This document shows positions 30,584-43,815 of a DNA stretch of 64,000 nucleotides, in pieces. The DNA lies in NCBI GenBank assembly GCA_964016885.1, contig CAXHJY010000523.1, positions 186,001 through 250,000 of the forward strand, in the 5' to 3' direction. Numbering within the stretch: the first letter of the stretch is position 1; every line of letters begins with the position of its first letter. A program made the position numbers and the translations under genes. The notes beneath the pieces were generated by a model, which searched no databases, had not been told where the DNA came from, and saw only the letters and a list, made by a program, of their open reading frames with translations. The stretch comes from Eledone cirrhosa. Taxonomy: Eukaryota.

Positions 30584-30793
30584 AAATGGTTATGTAAGAG
30601 TCATGACAAAAAACACCCAGCACACACTGTAAATGTGGTTGGCGTTAAGAAGGACAACCAGCTGTAGAAACTTAGCCAGAAACAGTTCTATATGAGCAAG
30701 ACATGGTCATCTGACCCAACTTGCCTCTAATGGGACTACCTGTCTAACCCATACTAGCGTGGAAAATGGACGTTAACTGATGATGATGATGAT
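30000..30793 (+). mobile_element. Cluster of three partial SINE family 2 copies
   Basis: GGTTGGCGTTAGGAAGGGCATCCAGCTGTAGAAA-like motif three times, with (GAT)n-like tails. 30186-30440 closely matches 62025-62278. Confidence 0.85.
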
Positions 30794-30858
30794 ATATATT
30801 TACATATATATATAGAGAGAGAGGTGCCTCTGTCCACTGTTTTCCAACTTTTAATCTA

Positions 30859-31251
30859 TAATTGTTTCTACTTTTGGCACAAGGCCAGCAATTATGCCAG
30901 TACATTACTGGTACTTTATTTTATCAACCCCGTAAGGATGAAAGGCAAAGTGAACCTCAGCGGGATTTGAACTCAGATCGTAAAGGGGAGTAACTCTATG
31001 CTGCAAAGCATGGTGTCCGACCTACCAATACTGCCAATCCCCCAAATTTTCCAACTATTAATCTATAATTGTTTCTACTTTAGGCACAAGGCCAGAAATT
31101 ACCAGTGCATTACTGGTACTTTATTTTATCGGCCCCGTAAGGATGAAAGGCAAAGTCAACCTCGGCAGGATTTGAACTCAGATCGTAAAGGGACGTAACT
31201 ATGCTGGAAAGCATGGCGTCCGACCCTCTACCGATACTGCCAATCCACCGC
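30859..31251 (-). mobile_element. Two tandem SINE family 1 copies (30859-31044 and 31066-31251)
   Basis: Both match the consensus. A 21-bp direct repeat TTTTCCAACTWTTAATCTATA (30840-30860 and 31047-31067) flanks the first copy. Confidence 0.92.
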
Positions 31252-31722
31252 ATAATGATTGACTATTATTACAGTTATTTTCCACATTTGGGACACTCAC
31301 ATTTTTAAATGTTCATGTATGTACACACATGCACACACATACATACACTAGTGGAATACCTGGCATTGCCAAGGTTTAGAAATAGTGACCCAGAGAAAAT
31401 ATCTTTGTTACTAATATCCACGAAATATGAACATTTCATGATTTAAATGAGCAAATGTCATATAGCTAATTAATGTAGATTAAATAAGAACACATGATTA
31501 AGAAAAAGTGAAAATAGTTCTTTGTACAATTGAACAAAATAGTTTCTTTTTTAGTTAAAATTCTTTGTTTTTCACTGATTAGTCTGGGAGTGAAATACAG
31601 TGGTTATTATGTTCACCAAGGCCTCTGATACAGGTGAGAAGGAGAGAGGAAAGTATGCTCAAATTGGATACTTGGTCTAAATACTTGCAACAGAATCGAC
31701 TACACTACAATTTGTGTGGTAT

Positions 31723-31955
31723 TTAACCCTTTAGTTACCAATCTGACCAAAACCAGCTCTGGTTCTATGAAACAAAACCACCCATTTTAAAGGTTTCCGA
31801 TTTAAATTAATATCTTCCAACAATTTTATATAAGCACCTCACATTAAGTTACTATCTTACTAATGAAATAATTAATAATTTTAGTAAATCCCTCAAAATT
31901 CTTAATTAATTAATTAAAATGTATTTCATTAGAAATGCGGTCATGAAAGGGTTAA
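31723..31955. mobile_element. TTAA-type (piggyBac-like) MITE, family B
   Basis: TTAACCCTTT ... AAAGGGTTAA ends. Related decayed copies lie near 29177, 39472, 40925-41118, 50340-50790 and 58777-59660. Confidence 0.7.
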
Positions 31956-32389
31956 ACCAAATGACTGATTAAGTCTACCCTCAAGTAGGTCATAGAAGGA
32001 TTTGAACCGAGAACACAATAAATAGGAAACAAATACCACAAAGTAGCCCATTGGACACCCCCAACAATTCTGCTAAACCTCTGCCCTTGACTGCAACTTT
32101 ATTTTATTAATCATGAAATAAGTTGACTTACCTCTGCAGGATTTGAACTAAGTGAGAAGAGAAGACAATTGTAAGATATACGATAAAAGACAGTTTATCG
32201 TATATCTCAACAATCCTACCCATTAACCACCTATCTTTACCTGAGGCAACTTATACATCCAATTACAGGGAAAATGTCAGCAATATTCACAGAAATATTT
32301 GAAATCTAGCTATATTATTTTGATCAATAATGGGACCATGTGTTTGATAAGTGGAAAGACATTTGGAAATGATATTGATGTGATAGCAG

Positions 32390-35300
32390 TATGCATTGTT
32401 GTGACACCAATACATATTGTTGTTACATCAATACATATTAGTGTTATATCAATAGATATTCCTGTCACATCTATAGATATTGCTGTTACATCAATACATA
32501 TTGGTGTTACATCAATACATATTTGTGTTACATCAATGCATATTGGTGTTACAACAATACATATTGGTGTTACATCTATACATATTGGGTGTTACATCAA
32601 TAAACATTGGTGTTACATCAATAAACATTGGTGTTACATCAATACACATTGCTGTTACATCAATAGACATTGGTGTTACATCAATAGACATTGGTGTTAA
32701 ATCAATAGGCATTGGTGTTACATCAATAGATGTTGGTGTTACACCAATAGACATTACTGTTAGAACAATACACATTGGTGTTACATCAATAGATATTACT
32801 CTAATATCAATACATATCATCTTTCATTAATATATATTACTGTTAGGGTGGTGGATTGGCAGTATCAGTAGAGGGTTTGACGCCATGCTTTCCAGCATAG
32901 TTACGTCCCTTTACGATCTGAGTTCAAATCCCGCCGAGGTTGACTTTGCCTTTCATCCTTACGGGGTCGATAAAATAAAGTACCAGTAATGCACTGGATA
33001 ATTGCTGGCCTCGTGCCTAAAGTAGAAACAATTAATATATAATACTGTTACATCAATAGACATTGGGGTGACATCAATACACATTGGTGTTACATCAATG
33101 CATATAACTACTACATCAATACACATTGGTGTTACATCAATAGATATTGGTGTTACATCAATACACATTGGTGTTACATAAATGCACATTGGTGTTACAT
33201 CAATACACATTGGTGTTACATCAATACACATTGGTGTTACATCAATATATATGGTGTTACATCAATACTTATTGGTGTTACATCAATACATATTGGTGTT
33301 ACATAAATACACATTGGTGTTACATCAATAGATATTCGGTTACAATACTTATTGGTGTTACATCAATACACATTAGTGTTACATCAATACACATTGCTGT
33401 TACATCAATAGATATTGGTGTTACATAAATACACATTGGTGTTAAATACATATTGGTGTTCCATCAATAGGCATTGTTGTTACATCAAAAGACATTACTG
33501 TTACATCAATACATATAACTGTTACATCAATAGACATAACTGTTACATCAATAGACATTACTGTTACATCAATACATATAACTGTTACATCAATAGACAT
33601 TACTGTTACATCAATACATATAACTGTTACATCAATACATATAACTGTTACATCAATAGACATTACTGTTACATCAATAGACATTACTGTTACATCAATA
33701 GACATTACTGTTACATCAATACATATAACTGTTACATCAATAGACATTACTGTTACATCAATACATATAACTGTTACATCAATACATATAACTGTTACAT
33801 CAATAGACATTACTGTTACATCAATACATATAACTGTTACATCAATAGACATTACTGTTACATCAATAGACAATACTGTTACATCAATACATATAACTGT
33901 TACATCAATAGACATTACTGTTACATCAATACATATAACTGTTACATCAATAGACATTACTGTTACATCAATAGACATTACTGTTACATCAATAGACATT
34001 ACTGTTACATCAATACATATAACTGTTACATCAATACATATAACTGTTACATCAATAGACATTACTGTTACATCAATAGACATTACTGTTACATCAATAC
34101 ATATAACTGTTACATCAATAGACATTACTGTTACATCAATACATATAACTGTTACATCAATAGACATTACTGTTACATCAATAGACATTACTGTTACATC
34201 AATAGACATTACTGTTACATCAATACATATAACTGTTACATCAATACATATAACTGTTACATCAATAGACATTACTGTTACATCAATAGACATTACTGTT
34301 ACATCAATACATATAACTGTTACATCAATACATATAACTGTTACATCAATAGACATTACTGTTACATCAATACATATAACTGTTACATCAATAGACATTA
34401 CTGTTACATCAATACATATAACTGTTACATCAATAGACATTACTGTTACATCAATAGACATTACTGTTACATCAATACATATAACTGTTACATCAATAGA
34501 CATTACTGTTACATCAATACATATAACTGTTACATCAATAGACATTACTGTTACATCAATAGACATTACTGTTACATCAATAGACATTACTGTTACATCA
34601 ATACATATAACTGTTACATCAATACATATAACTGTTACATCAATAGACATTACTGTTACATCAATAGACATTACTGTTACATCAATACATATAACTGTTA
34701 CATCAATAGACATTACTGTTACATCAATACATATAACTGTTACATCAATAGACATTACTGTTACATCAATAGACATTACTGTTACATCAATAGACATTAC
34801 TGTTACATCAATACATATAACTGTTACATCAATACATATAACTGTTACATCAATAGACATTACTGTTACATCAATAGACATTACTGTTACATCAATACAT
34901 ATAACTGTTACATCAATACATATAACTGTTACATCAATAGACATTACTGTTACATCAATACATATAACTGTTACATCAATAGACATTACTGTTACATCAA
35001 TACATATAACTGTTACATCAATAGACATTACTGTTACATCAATAGACATTACTGTTACATCAATACATATAACTGTTACATCAATAGACATTACTGTTAC
35101 ATCAATACATATAACTGTTACATCAATAGACATTACTGTTACATCAATAGACATTACTGTTACATCAATACATATAACTGTTACATCAATAGACATTACT
35201 GTTACATCAATAGACATTACTGTTACATCAATAGACATTACTGTTACATCAATACATATAACTGTTACATCAATAGACATTACTGTTACATCAATACATA

Positions 35301-36457
35301 TAACTGTTACATCAATAGACATTACTGTTACATCAATAGACATTACTGTTACATCAATACATATAACTGTTACATCAATAGACATTACTGTTACATCAAT
35401 ACATATAACTGTTACATCAATAGACATTACTGTTACATCAATACATATAACTGTTACATCAATAGACATTACTGTTACATCAATAGACATTACTGTTACA
35501 TCAATACATATAACTGTTACATCAATAGACATTACTGTTACATCAATACATATAACTGTTACATCAATAGACAATACTGTTACATCAATACATATAACTG
35601 TTACATCAATAGACATTACTGTTACATCAATAGACATTACTGTTACATCAATACATATAACTGTTACATCAATACATATAACTGTTACATCAATAGACAT
35701 TACTGTTACATTAATAGACAATACTGTTACATCAATACATATAACTGTTACATCAATACATATAACTGTTACATCAATAGACATTACTGTTACATCAATA
35801 CATATAACTGTTACATCAATAGACATTACTGTTACATCAATACATATAACTGTTACATCAATAGACATTACTGTTACATCAATACATATAACTGTTACAT
35901 CAATAGACATTACTGTTACATCAATACATATAACTGTTACATCAATACATATAACTGTTACATCAATAGACATTACTGTTACATCAATACATATAACTGT
36001 TACATCAATAGACATTACTGTTACATCAATACATATAACTGTTACATCAATACATATAACTGTTACATCAATAGACATTACTGTTACATCAATACATATA
36101 ACTGTTACATCAATAGACATTACTGTTACATCAATACATATAACTGTTACATCAATACATATAACTGTTACATCAATAGACATTACTGTTACATCAATAG
36201 ACAATACTGTTACATCAATACATATAACTGTTACATCAATACATATAACTGTTACATCAATACATATAACTGTTACATCAATAGACATTACTGTTACATC
36301 AATACATATAACTGTTACATCAATAGACATTACTGTTACATCATTAGACATTACTGTTACATCAATACATATAACTGTTACATCAATAGACAATACTGTT
36401 ACATCAATACATATAACTGTTACATCATTAGACATTACTGTTACATCAATACATATT
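32390..36457. repeat. 21-bp minisatellite with degenerate left part and homogeneous core (33480-36457) of two variants, ACATCAATAGACATTACTGTT and ACATCAATACATATAACTGTT
   Basis: Read directly; about 140 units in the core. Confidence 0.99.
32846..33030 (+). mobile_element. Full-length SINE family 1 inserted in the minisatellite
   Basis: Consensus match. 20-bp target-site duplication ATTAATATATAWTACTGTTA at 32826-32845 and 33031-33050. Confidence 0.95.
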
Positions 36458-36642
36458 GACTCCGCACTTCATGTCATAGTGCTCGGGCTGGTTTTCAGCA
36501 AGGCAGAGGGTTGGAATAACCTGGGTCAACAGGTATGAGAGTCACACTATGTCATTCAGTCAACTAACTTCATGCTATAGGAATGTTTGATCAATAGTGA
36601 TTGAGAGTTATAAACCAATAAGACTTAATTTGTGAGATCATT

Positions 36643-36835
36643 GATGGATTGGCAGTATCGGTAGAGGGTCAGATGCCATGCTTTGCAGCAAAGAGTTACG
36701 GCTCTTTATGGTCTGAGTTCAAATCCCGCCAAGGTTAACTTTGCCTTTCATCCTTACGGGGTTGATAAAATAAAGTACCAGTAATACACTGGGATAATTG
36801 CTGGCCTTGTGCCTAAAGTAGAAACAATTATTATT
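36643..36835 (+). mobile_element. SINE family 1
   Basis: Consensus match with ATTATTATT tail. Confidence 0.92.
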
Positions 36836-36984
36836 TCTAATGGTTTCTACTTATGTTGCTCATGTGGGGACATTTTCAAAATACACTACCTGTCATTATT
36901 TACTAATATTCAAGAATTTGAAGGGATTTATTAATGGAATTAACTTTTTCATTATTAAGCTAGTGTTTAGAACATAAACTAACA

Positions 36985-37768
36985 ATGGTCACACAATGCA
37001 GATCCTGGGTACACAAGAGATGTAGCAAGATAACAGGCAAACTAACAGGTAGGCAGAAATACGTTTGCAGTAGATGTACAGGGAAATTAGACAGTAGAAG
37101 TCGCATTGATAGACACATTTTTCAAATGCAGGCGGGTGCTATAGAAGTGGTGGATAGCTTCCGGTACCTAGGAGATCAGATTAGCATGGGAGGGGGGTGT
37201 TCCGAGGCCATAGTATCCAGAATAAGGACGGGTTGGAAGAAGTTTAGGAAGCTGCTTCCTCTGCTGACGAAGAAGGGTTTCTCCCTGTGTACGAAAGGCC
37301 GGTTATATGATGCCTGTGTGAGGAACGCGATGCTGCATGGTAGTGAGACATGGGCAGCAACTGCAGAGGATATGCGACAGCTGGAGAGAAATGAGGCAAG
37401 CATGCTTCGTTGGATGTGCAATGTCAATGTATGTGAACAACCCAACATAAATGTGTTGAGAGAGAAACTGTGTCTGAGAGGGATAGAATGTAGTGTGCGA
37501 GAGAGGAGACTGCGATGGTATGGACATGTGATGCGCATGGCGGATGACTGATGGGTGAAGAAGTGCCAGGAAATGCCAGTTGAAGGAAGACGTGGGAGAG
37601 GTTGACCACAAAAAACATGGGCGGAGGTAGTGAGAACAGACCTCAGATCGCTGAAGCTCACGGTGGAGATGACGAAGGACCGTGACGAGTGGAGAGATGC
37701 TGAATAAGACCCGTCCCACCCTTGCAAGCAGGGAAAAGCGGACATAAAATGATGATGATGACGATGAT
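36985..37768 (+). mobile_element. 5'-truncated RTE-clade LINE (RT C-terminal half, pseudogenised), nested in a TTAA MITE
   Basis: ORF has the motifs VDSFRYLG, RIRTGWKKF, LHGSETW and RRLRWYGHVMR. The frame continues past two TGA codons to EGRRGRG*PQKTW...DRDEWR, then a short 3' UTR and (GAT)n tail. MITE family B-like sequence lies on both sides. Confidence 0.93.
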
Positions 37769-38156
37769 AATCATTTTAAAATAAAGTATTTTGTATCATA
37801 GAACCAGGGGCAGTTTGATATCAAATGAGTTAATATTATATCTCTAAGATTTATAGGTAATTATGGAAATCTGTTTTTTTATAGGGTAAAAGGGTAATCC
37901 CCCCACCCTCTTCAGTCACAATTCCCCATGGGTGTTTTATATACCTTCGCAACTTATTTCTGCAGCTAAGTGAACTAGAACAACATGAAATGAAATGTCT
38001 TGCTGTAAAACACTGCATTGCCTGGTCTGGAAATTGAACTCACAATAGTGAACTCAATGCTTTACAGTACTTATAATTAGGTGGTGAATATAATTAGTCA
38101 CTGAAGCATAGAGAAAAATGGTTTATAGCATTTATTCTGCCTTCTTTTCTCTGTGT

Positions 38157-38385
38157 TTAACCCTTTAGCATTTACATTACTCTATATTCACTATTATATT
38201 TCCATGGTAAAGGCTTTACCTCACATAATTATCTCACATAATGTCGAATCTTTGAGATTTTAATATTATTTATTTTGAGAACAATTCCTTAACATCACTA
38301 TGAGCAGCCAGTTACAGTTGGTTTGAACAGAAAGAGGTGAGAGAACTCTGGTCGGATACAGCCGGTTTAAATGCTAAAGGGTTAA
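38157..38385. mobile_element. TTAA-type (piggyBac-like) MITE, family A
   Basis: TTAA|CCCTTTAGCATTTA ... TAAATGCTAAAGGG|TTAA. Confidence 0.85.
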
Positions 38386-39797
38386 ACTCTGCTGAGCTCA
38401 ACTTTGCCTTTCATTCTTTCAGTATCAATAAAACAAAGTACAAATTCAAGGCAGTGGATTGCCAGAATTGTTAGAGCATTGAACAAGATATCTTGCAGGA
38501 TTTGTTCTGAACTTTTTTTTCCTTTTTTTTTTTTTTGTGTGTTTTGCATTGAAATCCCACTGTGGGTACCTTTAGGAGAGTGCCATTTGTTGCAAATACT
38601 CACACCAGGTCTCTAGTTTAACTTTTTACATCTTGAAATGTTTTACCAGAAAACATCTTTAAAAAATAGATTTGTTAATTCAAATATTTATAGTATTTTT
38701 ACTGGTGGACAGAAATTTGCTGTGGAAATTTGCAATATTAGACTAAACACTAATTTTAGTGTGATGTAATCATAGTACTATTTTATATTTTTTTAATATC
38801 TTGCAATGCAGTTTCACGTGTTACTGAAGGTTAAGAGTTAAAGATATCTCCTCTTCTCTCACCAATATCAGAGAGACCCCCCACCCACACACACACACAA
38901 AAGTGGTTATGGGCACAGCTGTATCTGCCCTATAAAACAAATCATTGATGTCGAGATTAACATATTAAATAGTAATGTAATTCAAGTTTGTTTGTTTTTT
39001 GTCATTTGTTACTGTAGTATAATGAATCAACTGAAAAATCTGACAATAATGGACAGACATTACAAAAGCCAACATTTTTAAAAACCAAGATGGGCTTTAA
39101 CATTTCATAAACCTATATTTCACTACCACCAACACAACTAAGCCCCAACACACAATTCATAGGTACCTACACATACATATATGTATAATGGTCCTTCATA
39201 CATGGAGGTAGATTGATAGAAGGAAGAAAACCACAAGTAAAAGCAAAGATAAAAAATTTGGTAAAGGAACTATCTAAGGGAAATGGAGGGCCCAACGCTC
39301 AAAGGGATAAATAAACTAATGTACCTATACGTCAATTTCGGTAGTTACACATTGATGAGGAATGTGGGTTCAAAAGGTATAGGCTAAATTATAGAAATAA
39401 TGTGCATGTTCTCTCATGCATGTGCATTATAGCTGAAAATACAGATACACACACACAATTGTAGTAAAGCATTAACCCTTTTGATACCAAACCGTCCTTG
39501 GCTCAAAATTGTAAACCTGGTATTTTTTCAAGTGTTTATATCTATCTAAAAACCTATTATAATTTTATATATATCACCCACACACACAGTTATAAGATTA
39601 AGTTATTCACTCTCCATCTAAAAGATGAAAGCCTTACTTATGATTCTAATTAATTTAGGATGCAGTGGTGATGGTGGGGTAGCAGATAAGTAGGTAGGGA
39701 GACTATCAAGTGTAGAAATAAGGAAGTGTGTGTAGAGAGAGGGAGGAAGGTATAGTTGGTGGTGGGTTTGGGATGGACAAGAGGGTTCAAATATTAT

Positions 39798-40597
39798 TAA
39801 TACAGTTTGAATAAAAGACAGGGTGGTCATTATTGGATTGCCTGTTATATGTCTGCTTGATCGTTACTGACCTAAAGTTAAATAATTACAACATTTGAGT
39901 GGTTCTACTTTGTCCTAGCATCCTTTCAACTAACTCAGTCCAGTTAGTCAAACATAGCCAGCCAGCCAGCCAACTAACCAACCATCCCACTATCCAACTA
40001 CCCCACCAACCAGACCAACCAATCAACCAACCATCCAACCAGTCAACTAACCAACCAACCAACCAGCCAACACACCAGGCAACCAGCCAGCCATCTACCC
40101 AACCTTCCTTAACTTCAATCCACTAACAACTAGTCCCCCACCAAATAATTGTTTCTACTTTAGGCACAAGGCCAGCAATTACCCAGTGCATAAAGTACCA
40201 GTAATGCACTGGGTAATTGCTGGCCTTGTGCCTAAAGTAGAAACAATTATTTGGTGGGGGACTAGTTGTTAGTGGATTGAAGTTAAGGAAGGTTGGGTAG
40301 ATGGCTGGCTGGTTGCCTGGTGTGTTGGCTGGTTGGTTGGTTGGTTAGTTGACTGGTTGGATGGTTGGTTGATTGGTTGGTCTGGTTGGTGGGGTAGTTG
40401 GATAGTGGGATGGTTGGTTAGTTGGCTGGCTGGCTGGCTATGTTTGACTAACTGGACTGAGTTAGTTGAAAGGATGCTAGGACAAAGTAGAACCACTCAA
40501 ATGTTGTAATTATTTAACCTTAGGTCAGTAACGATCAAGCAGACATATAACAGGCAATCCAATAATGACCACCCTGTCTTTTATTCAAACTGTATTA
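39798..40597. repeat. Near-perfect inverted duplication: 394-bp arms, 12-bp spacer
   Basis: Arms at 39798-40191 and 40204-40597; identical ORFs 39899..40126(+) and 40269..40496(-); one mismatch seen. Confidence 0.97.
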
Positions 40598-41340
40598 GAC
40601 TACATTATCCAATAAGACAACAAGGTAAAATTTGAGAAAGATTTGGTTGTTATTTCTAGCATGTGAAGTGACTTTCTCATCTAGTGTGTTGTTATTTAGT
40701 CCAAAATAAACACTGATCGAGCAAACCTATGATCAAAGGCATTCTAGCCATGATCAATACGTCATTTTAGTGATATGTAGGACTACATTATCCAATGCCT
40801 TTTCCTTTCACAAGATGATTGAGTGTGATTTGACTGTTGTGTCTAGCATGTCAAATAACCACATAGCATCTCCCTTAGTGAGAAACATGTGCATTTTGTT
40901 GTGTACTTTGTACTGGATGGATATTAACCCATTTGTTACCATATTTCTAATGTCTATAATTTGTTACTATATTTCTAATGCCTATAATTTTCAAATCCTG
41001 TAAAAAATAATCAAGAATTTGTAAAATAACTTTCTCATTATTAAGTTAATAGTTAGAACATAAAGATCAACAAAATCCCAGACCTCAGTTTTAGGTGCTT
41101 TGGTATCAAAAGAGTTAACAGTGTGTAGGGTATTTGTGTTCATGCATAAATGGGATTGTTATTTTTCAGCCCCGGGTCAACCATGATAGCACATATCGAC
41201 ATATAATCAAGGGACATTTTAGCCATAATCAACCTCTTTCTCTTTTAGAACGGAGCTTCTATTACAGTTTGGTTATTGGAGGAGGGCTTAAGTATATATA
41301 TATACTGTACACGTGTATTGTTATTATTAGCTCACACTTA

Positions 41341-41527
41341 GGACAGTGGATTGGCAGTATCGATAGAGGGTTGGACGCCATGCTTTGCAGCACAGAGTTA
41401 TGGCCCTTTACGGTCTGAGTTCAAATCCCGCTAAGGTTAACTTTGCCTTTCATCCTTACGGGGGTCGATAAAATAAAGTACCAGTAATGCACTGGGATAA
41501 TTGCTGGCCTTGTGCCAAAATTAGAAA
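41341..41527 (+). mobile_element. SINE family 1
   Basis: Consensus match; target-site duplication ATTATTAGCTCACWCTT. Confidence 0.93.
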
Positions 41528-41874
41528 ATTATTAGCTCACTCTTTTTTTTATCACCCATATGAAACTAAGAAAGAAATAAAAAAACATGATCATACTAAC
41601 ATATTTATAGTCAATAGACAATCAGTGTAGTAAAAACCACAGCACAAGTATATCGAAACAAATTATTGGGGGAGGGGCTCAAGTCCCAAAAACCTCTTAG
41701 TGTCGGAAGGCTGGTAGAATATTGTACTCTAGACTCTGGATAATATTATCCAATGTGTCCTTTAATGAGATGGTAGCATATGGCTATTATGTGTCTTTTA
41801 ATAAGATAATAGTATATTGGCTATTATTTCTAGCAGGTAGATTGAACACATAGGAGTACCCAATTGGCTTATGT

Positions 41875-42162
41875 AGATGGAGTAGATGTAATATGCAAGA
41901 GGGAAGACTAAACTTGTATGGGCATGTAATACATATGGATGGGGATCGGAGAGTGAAGAAGTGCCAGTTGATGCCAGTGGAAGATGGTTGCAATAGAGCA
42001 AAACAGATAAAAACCTGGGCAGAGGTGGTGAGAGCTGATCACAATCTGGTGAACCTCACAGAGAAGATGATACAGAAATGCTACAAGTAGAGGGAGACTG
42101 TGTTGGAAAGGACCCATTTAACATATGCCTGCATGGATAAGTGGACATAAGATGATGATGAG
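41875..42162 (+). mobile_element. Older 3' fragment of the same RTE family as 36985-37768
   Basis: RLNLYGHVIHMDGDRRVKKCQLMPVE...KTWAEVVRAD aligns to that element's C-terminus; (GAT)n tail. Confidence 0.88.
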
Positions 42163-42529
42163 TATGTGTGTGTGTGTGTATACAGATGTGTGTGTGTGTG
42201 TGTGTGTGTATGGTTGTGTGTCACGGTATAAGAGGTATAAAAAGGAAAATAGTCTTTGACTGGCCAATAACCATCAGAAATGTCTGCATGTTTGTATGTC
42301 TATATGAATATACATGTGTCATATGGACACATGTATATATCTCTATCTCAGTGTGTGTGTATATATATATATATATATACATGCACACACGCATACACAT
42401 ATGTGCACACATTTGTACATAAACAAACGCACACACTTTTCCATTCTTCTGGTGCCTGTTTTTGCTTTTAGCATCACTTCCTCCTCCATATAACCGCCAC
42501 TTCCTCTGTTTTATATACAAACCAGTTTA

Positions 42530-42536
42530 TACACAC

Positions 42537-42607
<71 letters not shown>

Positions 42608-42680
42608 TATATATATATGTATATATATTTTTACACACGTATGCACTTACACAGAGAAAAGTATATATATATATACAATT
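42530..42680. repeat. (TA)n-rich microsatellite
   Basis: Read directly. Confidence 0.95.
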
Positions 42681-43108
42681 TTTATTACTACTATCCTGCC
42701 TCCTTTAACCATATTTTCTCCTAATTTACTTAGTTTCTGTTTTACATTCATAGCCGCCTGTCTGTCTGTCTGTTTATTTATATGTCTGACAATCTTGTCA
42801 TATAACATACATACACATATATACATATATATGTGTGTGTGTGTTCACATAGAATATGTATGTTCCTGATACATACACAATATACTACAGATATAAACTC
42901 ATAATACATAAGTTCACCATATGCACAATACATACATACATACATAATTTATATACACTCCTTATATATAAGTCCACCAGACAATATACACATCTGAATC
43001 ACTTCACAATGCACACTATATGAGTTTGTTTCTACTTGACCAGAACTGACTTGAAGCTAAACAACAACACAAAACATATACTTGTGTCTTTATTATTTTG
43101 AGATAATT

Positions 43109-43295
43109 GGTGTGAATTGGCAGTATCGGTAGAGGGTTGGACGCCATGCTTTCTAGCATAGAGTTGTGGCCCTCTACGTTCTAAGTTCAAATCCCGCTGA
43201 GGTTAACTTTGCCCTTCATCCTTACGGAGGTCGATAAAATAAAATACCAGTAATGCACTGAGTAATTGCTGGCCTTGTGCCAAAAGTAGAAACAA
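43109..43295 (+). mobile_element. SINE family 1
   Basis: Consensus match; target-site duplication ATTATTTTGAGAYAATT. Confidence 0.93.
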
Positions 43296-43395
43296 TTATT
43301 TTGAGACAATTAAGTGGCTGAAATGGTAAAGTTTCTGGAATAAAACCAAATATCTTCTACTTTAGCCTCCCTCCAAATATCAATCAGTCTCTGAT

Positions 43396-43590
43396 AGGTT
43401 TGTGGTTGAGCCCGCAGCAATGGAGACTTCTGGTGTCCTTGGCCCTAGGTCCACCTCTCTTCTCACCGTCATCGGCACAGAGTTGGTTACCCACAGGTGT
43501 GAGCTTCACGAGCTGGAATGGTTCTTTCAGTGCATCTCCCTCACCACCCTCCAGGGAAACGCCTTCTCTATTCTATCTGCCAAGGCTGTG
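43396..43590 (+). mobile_element. 3' fragment of a CRE-like non-LTR retrotransposon (end of the restriction-like endonuclease domain)
   Basis: PAAMETSGVLGPRSTSLLTVIG...EWFFQCISLTTLQGNAFSIL fits the CRE-clade pattern P.A.ET.G..G.....L..IG...L.QRIS..IQRGNA.S.L. Confidence 0.7.
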
Positions 43591-43630
43591 GGGTGGCCAG
43601 TGTGAGGGCCCCTATTTGCTCATAATAGTG

Positions 43631-43815
43631 TTTCTACTTTTGGCACAAGGCCAGCAATTACCCCAGTGCACTACTGGTACTTTATTTTATCAACCTCGTA
43701 AAGATGAAAGGCAAAGTAAACCTCAGCGGATTTGAACTCAGAACGCAAAGGGCCATAACTCTATGTTGCAAAGCATGGTGTCTGATGCTCTACCGATACT
43801 GCCAAACCACTGCCC
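43631..43815 (-). mobile_element. SINE family 1
   Basis: Consensus match; perfect 17-bp direct repeat ATTTGCTCATAATAGTG at 43614-43630 and 43816-43832. Confidence 0.93.

Noticed and set aside
33415-36459. 1014-aa and 997-aa ORFs as genes
   Set aside because: They follow from a stop-free 21-bp unit, with no unique termini or synonymous-type variation.
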